From sequence record EF516996.1: DNA of 532 nt. The stretch is one strand, 5' to 3'. Below, one piece after another: positions 1 through 532 of the stretch. The notes under the pieces are model-generated. The model had not been told where the DNA came from, did not search any database, and saw only the letters and a list, made by a program, of their open reading frames with translations. The stretch's first letter is position 1. Every line of letters starts with the position of its first letter. Both the position numbers and the translations under genes were made by a program. Source of the stretch: a phage.

Positions 1-532
1 GCTTCGGTCGTATCCGTGACCTTGAAGCTAAGCACTTCAAGAAAAACGTTGAGGAACAACTCAACAAGCGCGTAGGGCACGTCTACAAGAAAGCATTTAT
101 GCAAGTTGTCGAAGCTGACATGCTCTCTAAGGGTCTACTCGGTAGCGAGGCGTGGTTTTCGTGGCATAAGGAAGACTCTATTCATGTAGGAGTACGCTGC
201 ATCGAAATGCTCATTGAGTCAACCGGAATGGTTAGCTTACACCGCCAAAATGCTGGCGTAGTAGGTCAAGACTCTGAGACTATCGAACTCACACCTGAAT
301 ACGCTGAGGCTATCGCAACCCGTGCAGGTGCGCTGGCTGGCATCTCTCCGATGTTCCAACCTTGCGTAGTTTCTCCTAAGCCGTGGACTGGCATTACTGG
401 TGGTGGCTATTGGGCTAACGGTCGTCGTCCTCTGGCGCTGGTGCGTACTCACAGTAAGAAAGCACTGATGCGCTACGAAGACGTTTACATGCCTGAGGTG
501 TACAAAGCGATTAACATTGCGCAAAACACCGC
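1..532 (+). CDS. 1: Internal fragment of bacteriophage T7-type single-subunit DNA-directed RNA polymerase (T7 gene 1); partial at both ends, codon phase begins at position 3, covers approximately residues 151-326
   Basis: Frame 3 on the + strand is open across the entire window (176 complete codons, positions 3-530), whereas frames 1 and 2 hit stops within the first 75 nt. The translation is near-identical to my recollection of T7 RNA polymerase, including the KR and KK motifs at residues 172/173 and 179/180, the GVVGQD hairpin motif and the TGGGYWANGRRPLALVRTHSKK stretch. Codon usage is phage/E. coli-like. Confidence 0.95.
240..287 (+). other. Coding segment for the promoter-intercalating beta-hairpin of T7 RNA polymerase (approx. 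residues 230-245, HRQNAGVVGQDSETIE; Val237 encoded at 261-263)
   Basis: Residue numbering derived by counting from F151 at position 3. The hairpin assignment comes from established structural knowledge of T7 RNAP promoter complexes, not from anything computable in this window. Confidence 0.6.

Noticed and set aside
399-407. Short tandem ggt-ggt-ggc repeat
   Set aside because: It simply encodes the Gly283-Gly284-Gly285 run of the polymerase. It is too short to be a meaningful repeat or slippage-prone tract of regulatory significance.
444-458. Sequence cgtactcacagtaag with superficial resemblance to the ACGACTCACTATAG core of a T7 class III promoter
   Set aside because: The match is poor: it needs an indel, lacks the upstream TAATA recognition element, and lacks the TATAGG initiation region. 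It sits within conserved coding sequence (LVRTHSKK) and is best explained as coincidence.
237-524. 95-aa ORF on the minus strand from the six-frame track (MRNVNRFVHLRHVNVFVAHQCFLTVSTHQRQRTTTVSPIATTSNASPRLRRNYARLEHRRDASQRTCTGCDSLSVFRCEFDSLRVLTYYASILAV)
   Set aside because: It lies entirely antisense to a strongly supported polymerase CDS. The protein is low-complexity and rich in Arg/Thr/Ser/His, as is typical of antisense read-through of a coding region, and I recognise no homology. No overlapping antisense gene is known within T7 gene 1. It is almost certainly a chance open frame.
1-532. Possibility that the window encodes a novel or previously undescribed system, as the prompt suggests
   Set aside because: The entire window is accounted for by a single, extremely well-characterised gene with near-identical sequence to T7 RNA polymerase. 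There is no unexplained intergenic space, repeat architecture or unrecognised ORF. The only unusual aspect is the set of point substitutions reported in the findings.

Overview
The whole 532-bp window is an internal fragment of one + strand gene, read in frame 3 (first full codon at position 3) with no stop codons and no start or end of the gene in view. The 176-residue translation (FGRIRDLEAKHFKKNVEEQLNKRVGHVYKKAFMQVVEADMLSKGLLG...RYEDVYMPEVYKAINIAQNT) is recognisable as bacteriophage T7 RNA polymerase (gene 1), roughly residues 151-326 of the 883-aa protein, i.e. part of the N-terminal domain. No RNA genes, mobile elements, CRISPR repeats, promoters or terminators are visible. This is a very well characterised gene, and I see no evidence of a previously undescribed system. 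The one thing worth a second look is that, compared with the canonical T7 sequence as I recall it, the window carries about five point differences, all G->A or C->T transitions, four of them nonsynonymous (G198S, S202F, A247T, P274S). That pattern looks more like a mutagenised or engineered allele, or a sequence artefact, than neutral natural divergence. I cannot run an alignment, so these differences rest on memory and must be verified.
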